A DNA stretch of 63,450 bases, filler included, from Octopus bimaculoides (taxonomy: Eukaryota): NCBI RefSeq assembly GCF_001194135.2. It is 4 parts of 4 records of this genome, joined end to end, with 100 filler letters (N's around TTAATTAATTAA, not from the genome) between each part and the next. Parts side by side here need not be neighbours in the genome. Positions count along the whole stretch, not along the records: positions 22,877 to 45,166 come from NC_068989.1; positions 45,267 to 61,227 come from NC_068981.1; 2 more parts are not named here. One strand, given 5' to 3'. The position numbers and the translations under genes were made by a program. The notes below the pieces were generated by a model. The model was not told the DNA's origin and made no database searches. It worked only from the letters and a program-made list of their open reading frames with translations. Of this stretch, positions 37,471-49,425 are shown one piece after another (the stretch's first letter is position 1; each line of letters starts with the position of its first letter).

Positions 37471-39879
37471 ATCATATATACGACGGGCTTCTTTCAGTTT
37501 CTGTCTACAGTTTTGTAGAGAGAAAAACAGCCAGACAGAGGAAAATTCTTCATATATATAGAAGATTCAAAAATAAAACTGCAGAAGACAAAAGGACAAA
37601 CGAACACTTAATCCATCGAGAAAAGTATTGTGTATGTGTGTGTAGTTATACCTGTGTTTGTGTATGTAAGTATGCATATGAATATAACTTAAACAAATAC
37701 ACAGAGACTAGCGCATCTTTAATAATAACATTGAATAATTAGATTAAAACTCACAAGTATGCAGAGTAATAACATTATTTAGTACTATCCCCAAGACTGA
37801 ATCATAAATTTGTACGTGCATATATATCTGTATGCATACGTAAGTGCGTGTATGCGTGTGTATGTCTATGTGTACGTGTGCATATATACATATATTTATG
37901 TATATATATATATATNNNNNNNNNNNNNNNNNNNNNNNNNNNNNNNNNNNNNNNNNNNNNNNNNNNNNNNNNNNNNNNNNNNNNNNNNNNNNNNNNNNNN
38001 NNNNNNNNNNNNNNNNNNNNNNNNNNNNNNNNNNNNNNNNNNNNNNNNNNNNNNNNNNNNNNNNNNNNNNNNNNNNNNNNNNNNNNNNNNNNNNNNNNNN
38101 NNNNNNNNNNNNNNNNNNNNNNNNNNNNNNNNNNNNNNNNNNNNNNNNNNNNNNNNNNNNNNNNAGCTAATTAGCTGTTTAGTTTACTATCTGATTGTTT
38201 TAAGTATATCATTAATTTCATAAAGGTGAATAAAGAGTTCTCCCCCTTCACCTATTAAAATACTAAAATAATATGAAACAAATGGGTACGATTAAAATTT
38301 AAAATAAAAATGGTGAAATATAATCTTTCTATTATTAGCTGGTATCCCCACTCAAAGAAAACACTAAAATTAAAATTAAATAATTAAAATTGAATAGCTA
38401 AATAAACAGATGGTCTAAAAATAAATGATTAGATGATTAATTGAATAACTAGGCGAATACACGTTTTCACATTTTTTATAATATACGGTTTCATACATTT
38501 GTAATACCTTATTTCTCGTAAATAATCTAAAAACTACATCCCCTAGTCATATCACTATAACCTATTATATTGTATTCACTAACCTATACGCTCATCAACT
38601 TTTTATTTTTATTTCTATAATTTTTAATTTAATATGATCTAATTTAATTTAATCTAATTAAGTCTCAATATCAAGTTTTACTCTCACACCTACCCATAGT
38701 TAAATATGAATTATTTGTTTCTATATTTTCATGCATATAATTTTTATATATTTTGTTTTTATTATCTGTTAACCACTAACTATAGCAGCGTCATGGCCTT
38801 TCAAATAATTTAGCTGACCAATTAGATTACGTGAATGACCACAACCCCATCCCCATTACATATAGGTATTCAGCACCTTGTTAACTATAAAATAGCTGAA
38901 AAAATAACAGAAGATAATACAGTATCTTGTTAACTGGCCGGAGATTTAAAGCATTTACTAATTTAGTACTAACTGCTATTATAACTATTGATATAGACTT
39001 TCACCCCGTAATGGGAACCATGATTTCTGGCCCTCAACTATAAACACATCATATATTTGTGTATATGTATAGGTACATCTATGTGTGTACATTAGTTCAT
39101 TCATTCATTAATTTATTTATATGCAAGGACAATATGAACCACTGCAGGAATACATCTTACCTAACGCATGAAATATATGTGTGTATATGTATGCGTATAT
39201 ATATTTGTATATGTATATATGTATATATCTATATTTGCATGTATGTATATATATGTATTTCTTCTTTCATGTGCGTTTTCATTTCTAAAAAACTGTAACC
39301 CTCCCAAACTCCAATATTTTCTTCGATTATACTGTTATTTCTCTTTTTCTTTCTCTTTCACTTGCTCTAATAGTAATATTGTACTACAATTACTAATAAC
39401 TAATAGTATATACATGCATATATACAGGCATGTATGTATGTATGTATGTATGTATGTATGTATGTATGTATGTATGTATGGTTGTGTATGTATATATGTA
39501 AATGTACATATATATTTTTGGATATATATATTTATATATGCATAAATTACCCCTGTGAACTTCTTGGACTATCTTATAAAAACTCTCAGACGAAGCCTGT
39601 ATATTTATATATATTTTTTTTATCTAGTTTCAGCTCATGAGCTGTGGCCATGCTGAGGCACCGCCATTTGGTGTTGCTACACAATTTTACTTCACGAATT
39701 TTACTTAAGGAATTGACATTTGGTGCATGAGAGAGTTTGATGCAGCTGCTCTCATCTGCACCTCCTGCCGTGAAGTTGGTTCATATGCATAAATTATCCG
39801 TATGAATCTCTCTGACAGAGCCTAGATGCATACCCAAGTACTCTAATTTTATCTACAGATTTAAAATACACTGAAAAGA

Positions 39880-40500
39880 TGAAAATAACATATGGCGTGT
39901 CTTTACAGACCCACAACTTTTGATGTTACAATGGGAAGTTCTGATTCAGCACAAGTAGCTGATTTAGTCTGTATATATATACTTTTTGAAATAGCAGAAC
40001 AGTTCCCAAACGTAAATGGAGGTCTATATTGTGATGATTGCTTACTTTACCTTCAAAATGTTTCCGACCAAAAAGTACAAGTTAAGAATAGTTTAGTTAA
40101 GTTTTTCCGTTTTTCATGATGATGTTACGAAGGCCAACTTTTTAGATATTACACTTAACTTACACAATAACTCGTACTTCCCATACCACAAATCACCGAC
40201 CAATCTTAAGTTTATTAGCAAATTCAGTAATCATTCTAGGGCAATTACTAGGAACTTAGTTAAGAATATTTCATTTAGATTGTCCAAGTTATCTGCTAAT
40301 GTCGACATTTTCAATGATAAGGCCGAATTTTATAACTCTACCTTACTTAAAGCAGGTTATACAGAGAAAGTTACCTACATTAATTCCATTCAATCTTATT
40401 CTACCTTTACTAATGGAGATATGAAATCTAGTTGTAAGGATATAAACGATATTTTAAATTTATACGCCAATATCAAACAGGAAGGGAGATAACCCTTATT
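39880..40500 (+). mobile_element. Penelope-like element reverse transcriptase fragment
   Basis: FDVTMGSSDSAQVADLVCIYIL..GGLYCDD..ANFLDITLNL..YFPYHK..SNHSRAI..RLSKLS..FYNSTLLKAGY. Confidence 0.85.
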
Positions 40501-40617
40501 TATTCCCCTATTTTTGCTCTAAAGGTAAATCTATGTCTTTCAAAGATAGTTATACTAAAAATAAGGTAACTAATAGTAAAACAAGAAGGATACACTGACA
40601 TAAAATGTTTATTGACC

Positions 40618-41310
40618 AACTAAAATATTATGAGCACAACTGGCCCACTTGTAGATATTTGAAAATGGTCAATTTCCTCTTCTGCCAACAGAAAGGTTTC
40701 ACAAAGTATCCTTGCTATTTCTGCATGTGGAACAGCCGAGCTGAAGAGAAGCATTGGATTTAGAAGAAATAGCCCATTTTTGAGACTGTAGACACAGGTA
40801 TACCAAATATTGTAAATGATCCAATTGTCAACCGAGAACAGATTATTTTCCCAACATTCCATATAAAGATGGAATTGATGAAGCAATTCACTGAGGCATT
40901 GAATACAGATGGTGAATATTTTCAACTTATAGTCTCTGCATTTCCTGGTTTGTCATTCGAGAAGATCAAAACAAGTGTGTTCGACGGACCTCAGATCTGT
41001 GCTTTTGTATGTGATGAGGAATTTGAGGAAAAGATGAATGACAAGGAAAGAGCATCATAGCGGTCATTCGTAGCAGTTATCAAAAATTTTCATGGAAGCA
41101 GAAAAGGAGAGGACTATGAAATTGTTGCAAATAATATGCTGCTGACATTCCATGAATTTTTTCTGCAGTCATCTCGGTCAATTCCCTGAAAGCCTTGGAG
41201 ATATAAATGACGAACAAGGAGCGTTTCCCCCAAGACCTCGGGACCATGGTATCAAGGGCGATGGGACAAAAAAGCATGATGGCAGACTACTGCTAGATCA
41301 GTAAACGAGA
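40618..41310 (+). mobile_element. Chapaev3-type transposase C-terminal fragment (second subfamily)
   Basis: LKYYEHNW..LKMVNFL..GFTKYPCYFCMWNSRA..FHIKMELMKQF..VFDGPQI..SHLGQFPESLG..YQGRWD..MMADYC. Confidence 0.8.
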
Positions 41311-41359
41311 TTTCTCTGTAAGAGCTCCAGGCGCAAATTCTTGCCTCAACAAGATCTAC

Positions 41360-41505
41360 ATTATTTACATTTGACGGATATTTGTCCTCATCTTGTTTGT
41401 TGTTAACACAACGTTTTAGCTGATATACTCTCCAGCCTTCATCAGGTGTCTTGGGAAAATTTCGAACCTGGGTTCTCATTCGTAAGATATTTTTCGATGT
41501 TATTA

Positions 41506-41538
<33 letters not shown>

Positions 41539-41607
41539 ATCACTGCCTGGAATCGAACACGGAATCTTGGGGTTAGTAGCCTGCGCTCTTAACCACTACG
41601 CTATATG

Positions 41608-41611
<4 letters not shown>
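41360..41611 (-). mobile_element. Composite: tRNA-like Pol III head, (AAT)n spacer and a hammerhead-containing tail
   Basis: On the - strand: A box TAGCGTAGTGG and B box GTTCGATTCC (41535-41611), then (AAT)n, then GACAC-CTGATGA-A-GGCTG..CAGCT-AAAAC-GTT-GTGTT (41405-41450). Confidence 0.7.
41405..41450 (-). ncRNA. Decayed minimal hammerhead ribozyme motif
   Basis: Intact CUGAUGA plus an extra A, stem I GACAC/GUGUU and stem II GGCUG/CAGCU. GAAAC reads AAAAC (CCG to CTA, a CpG-type double transition). Confidence 0.65.
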
Positions 41612-41677
<66 letters not shown>

Positions 41678-41683
<6 letters not shown>

Positions 41684-41815
41684 CAATACAGTAAACATAA
41701 GAGCACCACAGCAAACCACAGCACATACCCAAGGCACACAGAGCTGCGCTCGGTAGTGAAGTGAAAGCACGTTATAAAAATAAAACTACTGAACAATAAT
41801 AATAATAATAATAAT
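41678..41815 (+). mobile_element. Extreme 3' end of an R4/Dong-like LINE within (AAT)n
   Basis: (ACA)CTTTCAATACAGTAA reads TLSIQ*, followed by a short UTR with AATAAA and an (AAT)n tail; (AAT)n also lies upstream. Confidence 0.45.
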
Positions 41816-43423
41816 ACGGTTTCCCGGTTTCATTGGCGTATAGCTTCCCCACCTGGACAGGATGCCGGTCCGTCACAGGTGAGCTGCTAAATGCAAGATT
41901 CCGCTGCTAGAAGCCAATTGGTGTGACCTCAGGCATCAGTCTGCCGCCCGGCGTCATCAGGTAAGGCCGTACCGCCACGTGGTGCGTTTTCATTTTGCAA
42001 TGTTTCTCCCCTGTTCGTCTATTTTTGCGGTGGCTGAAACGAAGGAACAGCGTGCTTTCGTGAAATTCCTAGGTTTATCATTTATCTCATTATTTTCTAC
42101 ATTCATATATTCTTTACGCGACCATGTTTCTCTATACTTCAAATTTTATAATCTTTACATGTCCGGTTCTGGTTAACTTACCCGCCAAAACACTGCTTTG
42201 CTATCACAAATTGCGGTGCGTTTTTTTTTTTTTTTAAATTTTAGAATATATAACTTCATATAAAGTCACTTATTCTCTGAAAAGAAAGATTTCACAATTT
42301 CTAATCTTATTAGTAATATTAAATTAGTAAATACAAATAGCTTATTATTTTTTATTTTATTTATTTTAGCTTATTATATTTTTATTTGCAATTCTGATTT
42401 ATTGGAGAGTGCATTACATCCAAAACGTTATGCTTCGGATGTTTCGGCACCATCATTCTTTTAGATGTGATTTTAATCCTCTAGGCTTGAAAGGACCATT
42501 ATTCAACTATAATTGGATGCCCACAGCAGCTTCCTGGTACCAAAAACTAAATCCATCCTCAAAGGAGATGCTTCAAATATATTTCTCTTGCTGTTAGAGA
42601 AAGGAAGGCGCTGGAAATGTCTTCTCATAAACAAACAGTGGACGTTATGCTCTGAGTAAAGATCGGACGCTTCAAAATATTGCATCAGGAATGACCATCT
42701 TGGAGAACATCATGCATTGAATACTCCAGAAAGCTAATTAATATATTCAAATGAAATTCAGAAATAAAACAGAGTGATGCCTTCCGAATAATTTAATTTT
42801 CCACTATATAATATGCGTATTAAATATCCTGCTCAACATAAAATAAACTACCGTAATGCAACACTCATGTTTGGGAAACGCGTATTTTTAGTATTTCTTT
42901 TAAACAGTTACATTTGCTCATATCAATAACTTATTTCAATAACTCATTTATGGGCTAGCTCTGTCTCAACGTAACCATCTTATAACCAAACATTCCGGTT
43001 ATTAAAAAAAAATGATATCAGTTCTAGCTGGTTGAAGAATATAAATCAAACGAAAGATGTCTGTTCGAGAAACTATTGGAAAGTTAGTCTCAACCTTTCA
43101 GAACATCCTAACAATCCTTGATATTCACTGTAACATCTATCATTACTAAAGGGATATAATCAGATCTTTATGAACAAACTACTTTCTGATGAAGAATCAA
43201 TCCTTATGTGTTAAGAGCTTCAATAAATGTAGATTCTATGTGCGCATGTCCTTCTAAGACTTTTAAGACTATTCAATGGATATATCTCATGTTTGAACAT
43301 CACGATTTAATATGTTTTATTTTTCATAAAAATCTGGTTTAATTATTTTAATGCAAGAATTACTAAGTGAATATACCAACATAAATCTAAATTTAAATAT
43401 AATTTTTTTTCAATTACATAGAG

Positions 43424-43520
43424 TAACAAAAAGAAACCATATAGTTATTTCAAACGTCTCAATATTCCTGGCCCAGAACCATGGTTGGTTTTCGGAAATA
43501 TACTATATGTCATGCGAAAG
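43424..43520 (+). pseudogene. CYP3-like: CYP3A-like paralog B, exon 2
   Basis: NKKKPYSYFKRLNIPGPEPWLVFGNILYVMRK|GTAAGC. It is 97 nt if the GAG acceptor is used; the first AG (TAG, 43419-43421) gives 99 nt and the wrong phase. No exon 1 found. Confidence 0.8.
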
Positions 43521-43887
43521 GTAAGCAGCGTTGGAATTTTACTTAGTCTATGTATATCTCAATTGATTGTTCACGGAAGGAAAATAAAAAAAAGTGTCAA
43601 AATGGTTGGGATGGCGAAAGGATCGTGAGGAGGTAGCTCCTCTGTGGGATCGTTTCCTTTTGGTGGGGAAGAGCAAATACATAGAAGCAGGTGCAAGTTC
43701 CTTTACAGTTCTGGGTATCAAGTGAACTTCATCGAGAGCTACCAATTGTATGACTTTCAATCGGAAAGTTAGTCCTTAGAATGTAGTTTCAACTATTTTG
43801 TCCATCTGAGATTTCTAGGGGACATCACTAATAATTCTATATATATATATTGCAATTCATGAGTTATAAGTGTTAAAATGTACATAC

Positions 43888-43940
43888 CCTGATACTTTTT
43901 CATATTTCAGTTTTATTTCATAGTCAAAACTTGCCATTCC
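43888..43940 (-). pseudogene. CYP3-like: CYP3A-like exon 3 in the opposite orientation to the adjacent exon 2
   Basis: GTTTCAG|GGAATG..TCAGG|GTATGT; 53 nt; GMASFDYEIKLKYEKVSG (YGKV changed to YEKV). Confidence 0.8.
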
Positions 43941-45056
43941 CTGAAACAGAATAACTAAACTGTAATATTAAGATTGTCTTTGTTTTTAGCTGCCCCCTTC
44001 CAAAATTACTAGTGATTTAACTGCCGTCTGAATAAAGGGTGACATGAAGATATTAAAGAACTCACCAAAATGAGGGATGGGAAATATGTTCAGTTTAAGC
44101 TGATCGATAATAGTTTATTATTAATGATGTTCAGTGTGTAGTAGGATCGTCTGCAGGTATACAATAATGGTTTGTTTTGTTAAGGGTTCATACGATCGAC
44201 TTTTTTCTCATGTTGAAATTATTGACTATTGTAATTATTCTTTCCTTAAATGTGATAGCTGTCTTTATTGACTTCTGATGGTATTAGCTCACTACGCATG
44301 TGTTGTACTAAACAAGGAACGCATCATCCCTGTTTGAATAGACGTCACTACTCTTCCAGCAAGGAAAATAGAACGACCAAAAGGGCTCCCGATTCTCTGT
44401 GTCAAAAGCGGTTCTGTTCAGATATGAGAACATGGATGTTACGAAAGTAAAACGTTAATGTTCGAAACTGCAGCAGGCCATAGATAATTCTTTATTCTGT
44501 ATATCTCTCATTTTGTCCTGTTCTGGCGTTTTGCGAAATATTTNNNNNNNNNNCATATTTTTTGTACGCATACATGTTCGTATGTGTGTGTGTGTGTGTT
44601 GCCCGTATATCAACAAAACACACACACCTTGCCTTACATATATATACGGATAAATGATTTGAAATAAATATATTTTGGAAATGGCGATTTAAACGTGAAA
44701 ATCAGACCACATGAGTTTGTTTACATCAATTCGGCAGAGATAGAGTGATCGCACTCTCCCTCTCTATCTCTCTCTCTCCCTTACACACATGCCAGTTATC
44801 TCTCTTTCTTTCTTTTTCTCTCTCCCTGTCTCACACACACAGCAACATTACACACACACACATGCTGCTCTTTCACACTAACAAAACAACTTCACATACA
44901 CACCACACTTTCTGTCTGGCATACTCACTATAAAAAGATAGCGTCTATTTCTTTTTGGCAACATGTGTTTTGTGTGTAATATTGCTGTGTGTGTGTGTGA
45001 GAAAGAAAGAAAGAACAAAAGAAAGAAAGAGAGATAACTGGCATGTGTATGTAAGG

Positions 45057-45093
<37 letters not shown>

Positions 45094-45166
45094 GGGGTAT
45101 TTTTTCTGTTTGCTTGCTGCCTACCACACAGACGCTGGCAAAGAAAAAATGTATCTCTCCTTCACC

Positions 45167-45266
45167 NNNNNNNNNNNNNNNNNNNNNNNNNNNNNNNNNN
45201 NNNNNNNNNNTTAATTAATTAANNNNNNNNNNNNNNNNNNNNNNNNNNNNNNNNNNNNNNNNNNNN
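45167..45266. other. Artificial scaffold-joining spacer
   Basis: N44-TTAATTAATTAA-N44. Confidence 0.93.
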
Positions 45267-45402
45267 TATAAAATACTTTTATTATTATTTACAGAATACA
45301 CACACACAGAGAAAATCTGCCTTTTATAGTATAGATATATATATATATGCAATGGTTTTGTTAAGCAGTGTTGATTTTTACAATTCTGCAAATAATGATA
45401 AT

Positions 45403-45666
45403 AGTATTTTATAAGCTTAAAGCTTATAGCGATCACCACGGAAATGACTGAAGAAAATAGTCTAATAATGGGGCGTATAAGCCCTGGACAGAAAAAATAG
45501 GTTTTCTCGTACGCGTGGGACGCGAACCCACACCTCTTTGGTTACGCGACCCACGCGTACGGGAAAACCTACTTTTTCTGTCCAGGGCTTATATGTCACA
45601 TTATTAGACTATTTTCTTTAGTCATTGCGCGGCGAACGCTTATAAGCTTTAAGCTTATAAAATACT
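45403..45666. repeat. ~264-bp fold-back of a tRNA-related repeat (11-nt loop)
   Basis: Arms 45403-45528 and 45540-45666 are imperfect reverse complements. B-box-like GGTTCGCGTCCC abuts the loop. Confidence 0.85.
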
Positions 45667-46599
45667 TTTATTATTATTTACAGAATACACACACACACAC
45701 ATACATAAATGTATGCGTATGTGTGTATGTATGTATATGTTTATGTGTCTCTTAGTGTTTATGTCATGTTTTCACCTTGTTCCCCACTAAAACTTGCCGA
45801 TTGGTGTTCGCTAATTTACGTCCCAGTAATATAGCGGTTCAGCAAAAAGAAAGACCGATAGAATAATATCTTGCTTAAAAACGTAAGTACTGGGGTCGAT
45901 TTGTTTGACCAATTCTTTTATTGGCCACAGTCCAATGACCAAAACCAGTAAAAAGGCTCTAGTGCCTTAAATTCATCTGTATTTACAGTATTTGAGAGAA
46001 AATTGAAGTCGCAGATATTTGGTGTATGAAGAATATCCTTCTCCTGATTGTTTTATGTGGGAATAATAGGAAAATGAAGATGGTTTTATAGTGGTCATCG
46101 TCTCTGTACTAAATGTGTGGACATGTGTGCGATAGTGCTTATATGCATTTGAACATACTTTTTTTAAGATTAAGGTTCATTTGACTACTGTCATAGGTGG
46201 CAAGCTCCAAACGTATTTAAAATGTTTACTGATATATCTATGTGTATCCATATAGATATATCAATAAGCACTTTAACAACATTAGGGGTCTACAGTTTAT
46301 TGCATTAGCAAATTGGTATTTCGTTGATGAGGGAACCTCTACGTGATCATTCGATTTAGAAGCTTAAAGGCATACCATCCATGGTCAACTCGTCTTTTTA
46401 CGGTCATGTGGGACTGTATTATCCAATGTCTTGTCTTGCTTTACCTCTTTTTAAGACAATAAGGTGTGATTCGAAGGAAATTTATTTGCTATTTCTAGCA
46501 GGTCGTGCGGCCACATAGAAGCTCTATCGTTGACTTGATTCTAGAAGGTTTTTATAAGTAATAAGAATTGAATAGTTTATAAAGCGCAGGAATGGCTGT

Positions 46600-46788
46600 G
46601 CAGGCGCAGGAGTAGCTGTGTGGTAAGTAGCTTGCTTACCAACAACATAGTTCCGGGCTCATTCCCACTGCGTGGCACCTTGGGCAAGTGTCTTCTACTA
46701 TAGCCTCGGGCCGACCAAAGCCTTGTGAGTGGATTTGGTAGACGGAAACTGAAAGAAACCTGTCGTATATATGTATATATATATATAT
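46600..46788 (+). mobile_element. SINE family B, 5' half (runs into a gap)
   Basis: Matches the head of the copy at 21055. Confidence 0.85.
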
Positions 46789-48009
46789 NNNNNNNNNNNN
46801 NNNNNNNNNNNNNNNNNNNNNNNNNNNNNNNNNNNNNNNNNNNNNNNNNNNNNNNNNNNNNNNNNNNNNNNNNNNNNNNNNNNNNNNNNNNNNNNNNNNN
46901 NNNNNNNNNNNNNNNNNNNNNNNNNNNNNNNNNNNNNNNNNNNNNNNNNNNNNNNNNNNNNNNNNNNNNNNNNNNNNNNNNNNNNNNNNNNNNNNNNNNN
47001 NNNNNNNNNNNNNNNNNNNNNNNNNNNNNNNNNNNNNNNNNNNNNNNNNNNNNNNNNNNNNNNNNNNNNNNNNNNNNNNNNNNNNNNNNNNNNNNNNNNN
47101 NNNNNNNNNNNNNNNNNNNNNNNNNNNNNNNNNNNNNNNNNNNNNNNNNNNNNNNNNNNNNNNNNNNNNNNNNNNNNNNNNNNNNNNNNNNNNNNNNNNN
47201 NNNNNNNNNNNNNNNNNNNNNNNNNNNNNNNNNNNNNNNNNNNNNNNNNNNNNNNNNNNNNNNNNNNNNNNNNNNNNNNNNNNNNNNNNNNNNNNNNNNN
47301 NNNNNNNNNNNNNNNNNNNNNNNNNNNNNNNNNNNNNNNNNNNNNNNNNNNNNNNNNNNNNNNNNNNNNNCCCCCCCCCCCACACCAATGTTTTAATTAC
47401 TGGAATTTAATTCGTTTGGGTAAAATCGAAACAACTGTAAGGGAACACGTTGAATTTTTGCAGTTAATAAATTATATTAACACTACTTCTCCGTTTTATG
47501 GATTTAATAAGAAGTGAATCAAACTTGACCGATAGTTTTGCATAAATTATCATAAAATGTTAATCATTAGTCAGTTTAGAGTCTTGAAATTTTAAAATGA
47601 ATGAAGCTTAGCTATGTGAATACATCGTTGAAAAAGCAATTTATTGCGGTACTTGTCCAGAGATAACAGTCTTTTGGACGTTCTGTGTTTAAAAACAATA
47701 TATGTATCGGAAGGAGACGAAAATCGTTCCAGTAAGCGGCTAACGAGAACACCAGATGCATTTCGGCCATGCTGGGACTTGGAATAGTATGGATTCACTG
47801 CCATCCATATGTATTTGTACGTTTATCCGCAATTGCGTTTCCTCTGTTCTCATATCTCGGACATATCAAAATATCATAAACAAAATATCATAAACAAATG
47901 TTTATAGAGATTCTTCATGACATGCTTATAGGAACCTGACTCTCTAAATCATGTTCTATCATTTCTCTTACTAGTCTGATTGAATTAAAACAGTATTAGT
48001 GAATGTTGT

Positions 48010-48215
48010 GAAGGCAATGAGTTAGCAAAACCGCTAGCACGTAGGACAAAATGCTTAAAGGCATTTCTTCCAACTTTACGTTCGTAGTTCAAGTTCCGCC
48101 TGAGTCATCTTTGCTTTTCCTCCTTTCGAGATCAATAAAATAAGTACCAGCTAAGCACTGGCGTTGATGTAATCGACTACCTATCTTGCTCCAAATTTCA
48201 AACTTTGTACCTGAA
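48010..48215 (+). mobile_element. SINE family A
   Basis: Diverged copy of family A. Confidence 0.75.
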
Positions 48216-49274
48216 AGGATTAGTGAATGCCATATGTGATTGTATTATCCAATATCTTGCTTTTATTCTTTTTAAAATGAATAAAGTTAAGAGTTAATGT
48301 GTGATTTTGGGAAAAAATTTAGTTGTTATTTCTAGCAGTTTGTGTTCTATGCTATAACACCAAAGTTTAAAAAATGATGATTAGCGTAATAATTACCACC
48401 ACAAATTCCTTTTGTCCAACCAACAGAAATGTCGGCCATTTTAAACAGGTCGTAGTTTTGGCTTTAACCTTACATCGTCTTAAGAAATTAGGTTTTAGTA
48501 CATTTGTTACAAAGCTGCAGGTCTTATTTCTAGTTTGTACAGTTTGATATCCCCGTTAGAGTTATTAGCATAAAAGCAGATATAGATAGGAGAAACTGGA
48601 ATAAAATGAGTAATGAAGTCGATTATTGAGCTTGTTCAGGTCAGCAACGACAACTAAATAGCTATTTCCATTCCAAACTTACAATTGCGAATCATCTACA
48701 GTCAACTCAGCTTTAATTAGCTAGTCGAACAGTTTTCCATTTGAATATGCAAATATTCCTCGGCTTTGTTCCAAACCATTTCCAGATGTTTAGTCACGTC
48801 ATAAAGCTATCAATATTTCTGACAGTTGTTAAGGAAGAATTCAGTTTTGCCGTGAGAACTTTTTCGAGCCGTATCTTTTAATCGGGCAAGGAAATACTGA
48901 TTTGCCTTGCGTACAATTTCCCAAGACTGTTAAATAATTTAATGTCATGATCTTAGCTTCTTGCCAAAAAGCTTGTGTCGGTTATTATGTTGATGTAGAT
49001 AGATTCTCTAGCTTGTTAGTTGATAGACTACAACTGGTGTAAACAGGGGTTTTGATTAGTCTCATAGCTAATGTCAATCGATCGGACAGCAGCATGACAG
49101 TGAGATGTAAATGAATAATAAATGGCATTTCACTGAAGAGAATAAGATATGAATAAGGAAATTTGCGAAGAAAAATGCAATGAACTTAGCTAACGAAGGA
49201 ATATACGAAAACCGGCTCGGCCAGTCTGACTCCATTGATTTCCTATACGTTTCTTTACACTTATTTTTCAATTA

Positions 49275-49349
49275 GTAAGACAATGACAACGGCGACGACG
49301 ACGGTGATGACGATAATGATAATGGTGTTGATGATGATGGTGACGACGA

Positions 49350-49403
<54 letters not shown>

Positions 49404-49425
49404 TGAAGATGACGATGATGATGAA
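49275..49425. repeat. (GAC)n/(GAT)n trinucleotide array
   Basis: Direct reading. Confidence 0.9.

Noticed and set aside
38170-39050. Possible mitochondrial insertion (very AT-rich)
   Set aside because: No recognisable mitochondrial gene, rRNA or tRNA segment.
41535-41611. Genuine tRNA gene (also considered for other SINE heads)
   Set aside because: A and B boxes are present, but the acceptor and anticodon stems do not pair properly; these are SINE heads.
42520-42660. LLEKGRRWK resembling a later P450 exon
   Set aside because: An in-frame stop lies upstream, it is in the wrong order relative to exon 2 and the SPTFT motif is absent.
2549-45166. P450 genes nested antisense in RIC1 intron 1
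   Set aside because: An artificial linker at 22777-22876 separates them, and CpG content differs on the two sides.
48640-48930. Minus-strand exon-like interval with good splice signals
   Set aside because: Stops in all three frames and no recognisable protein.
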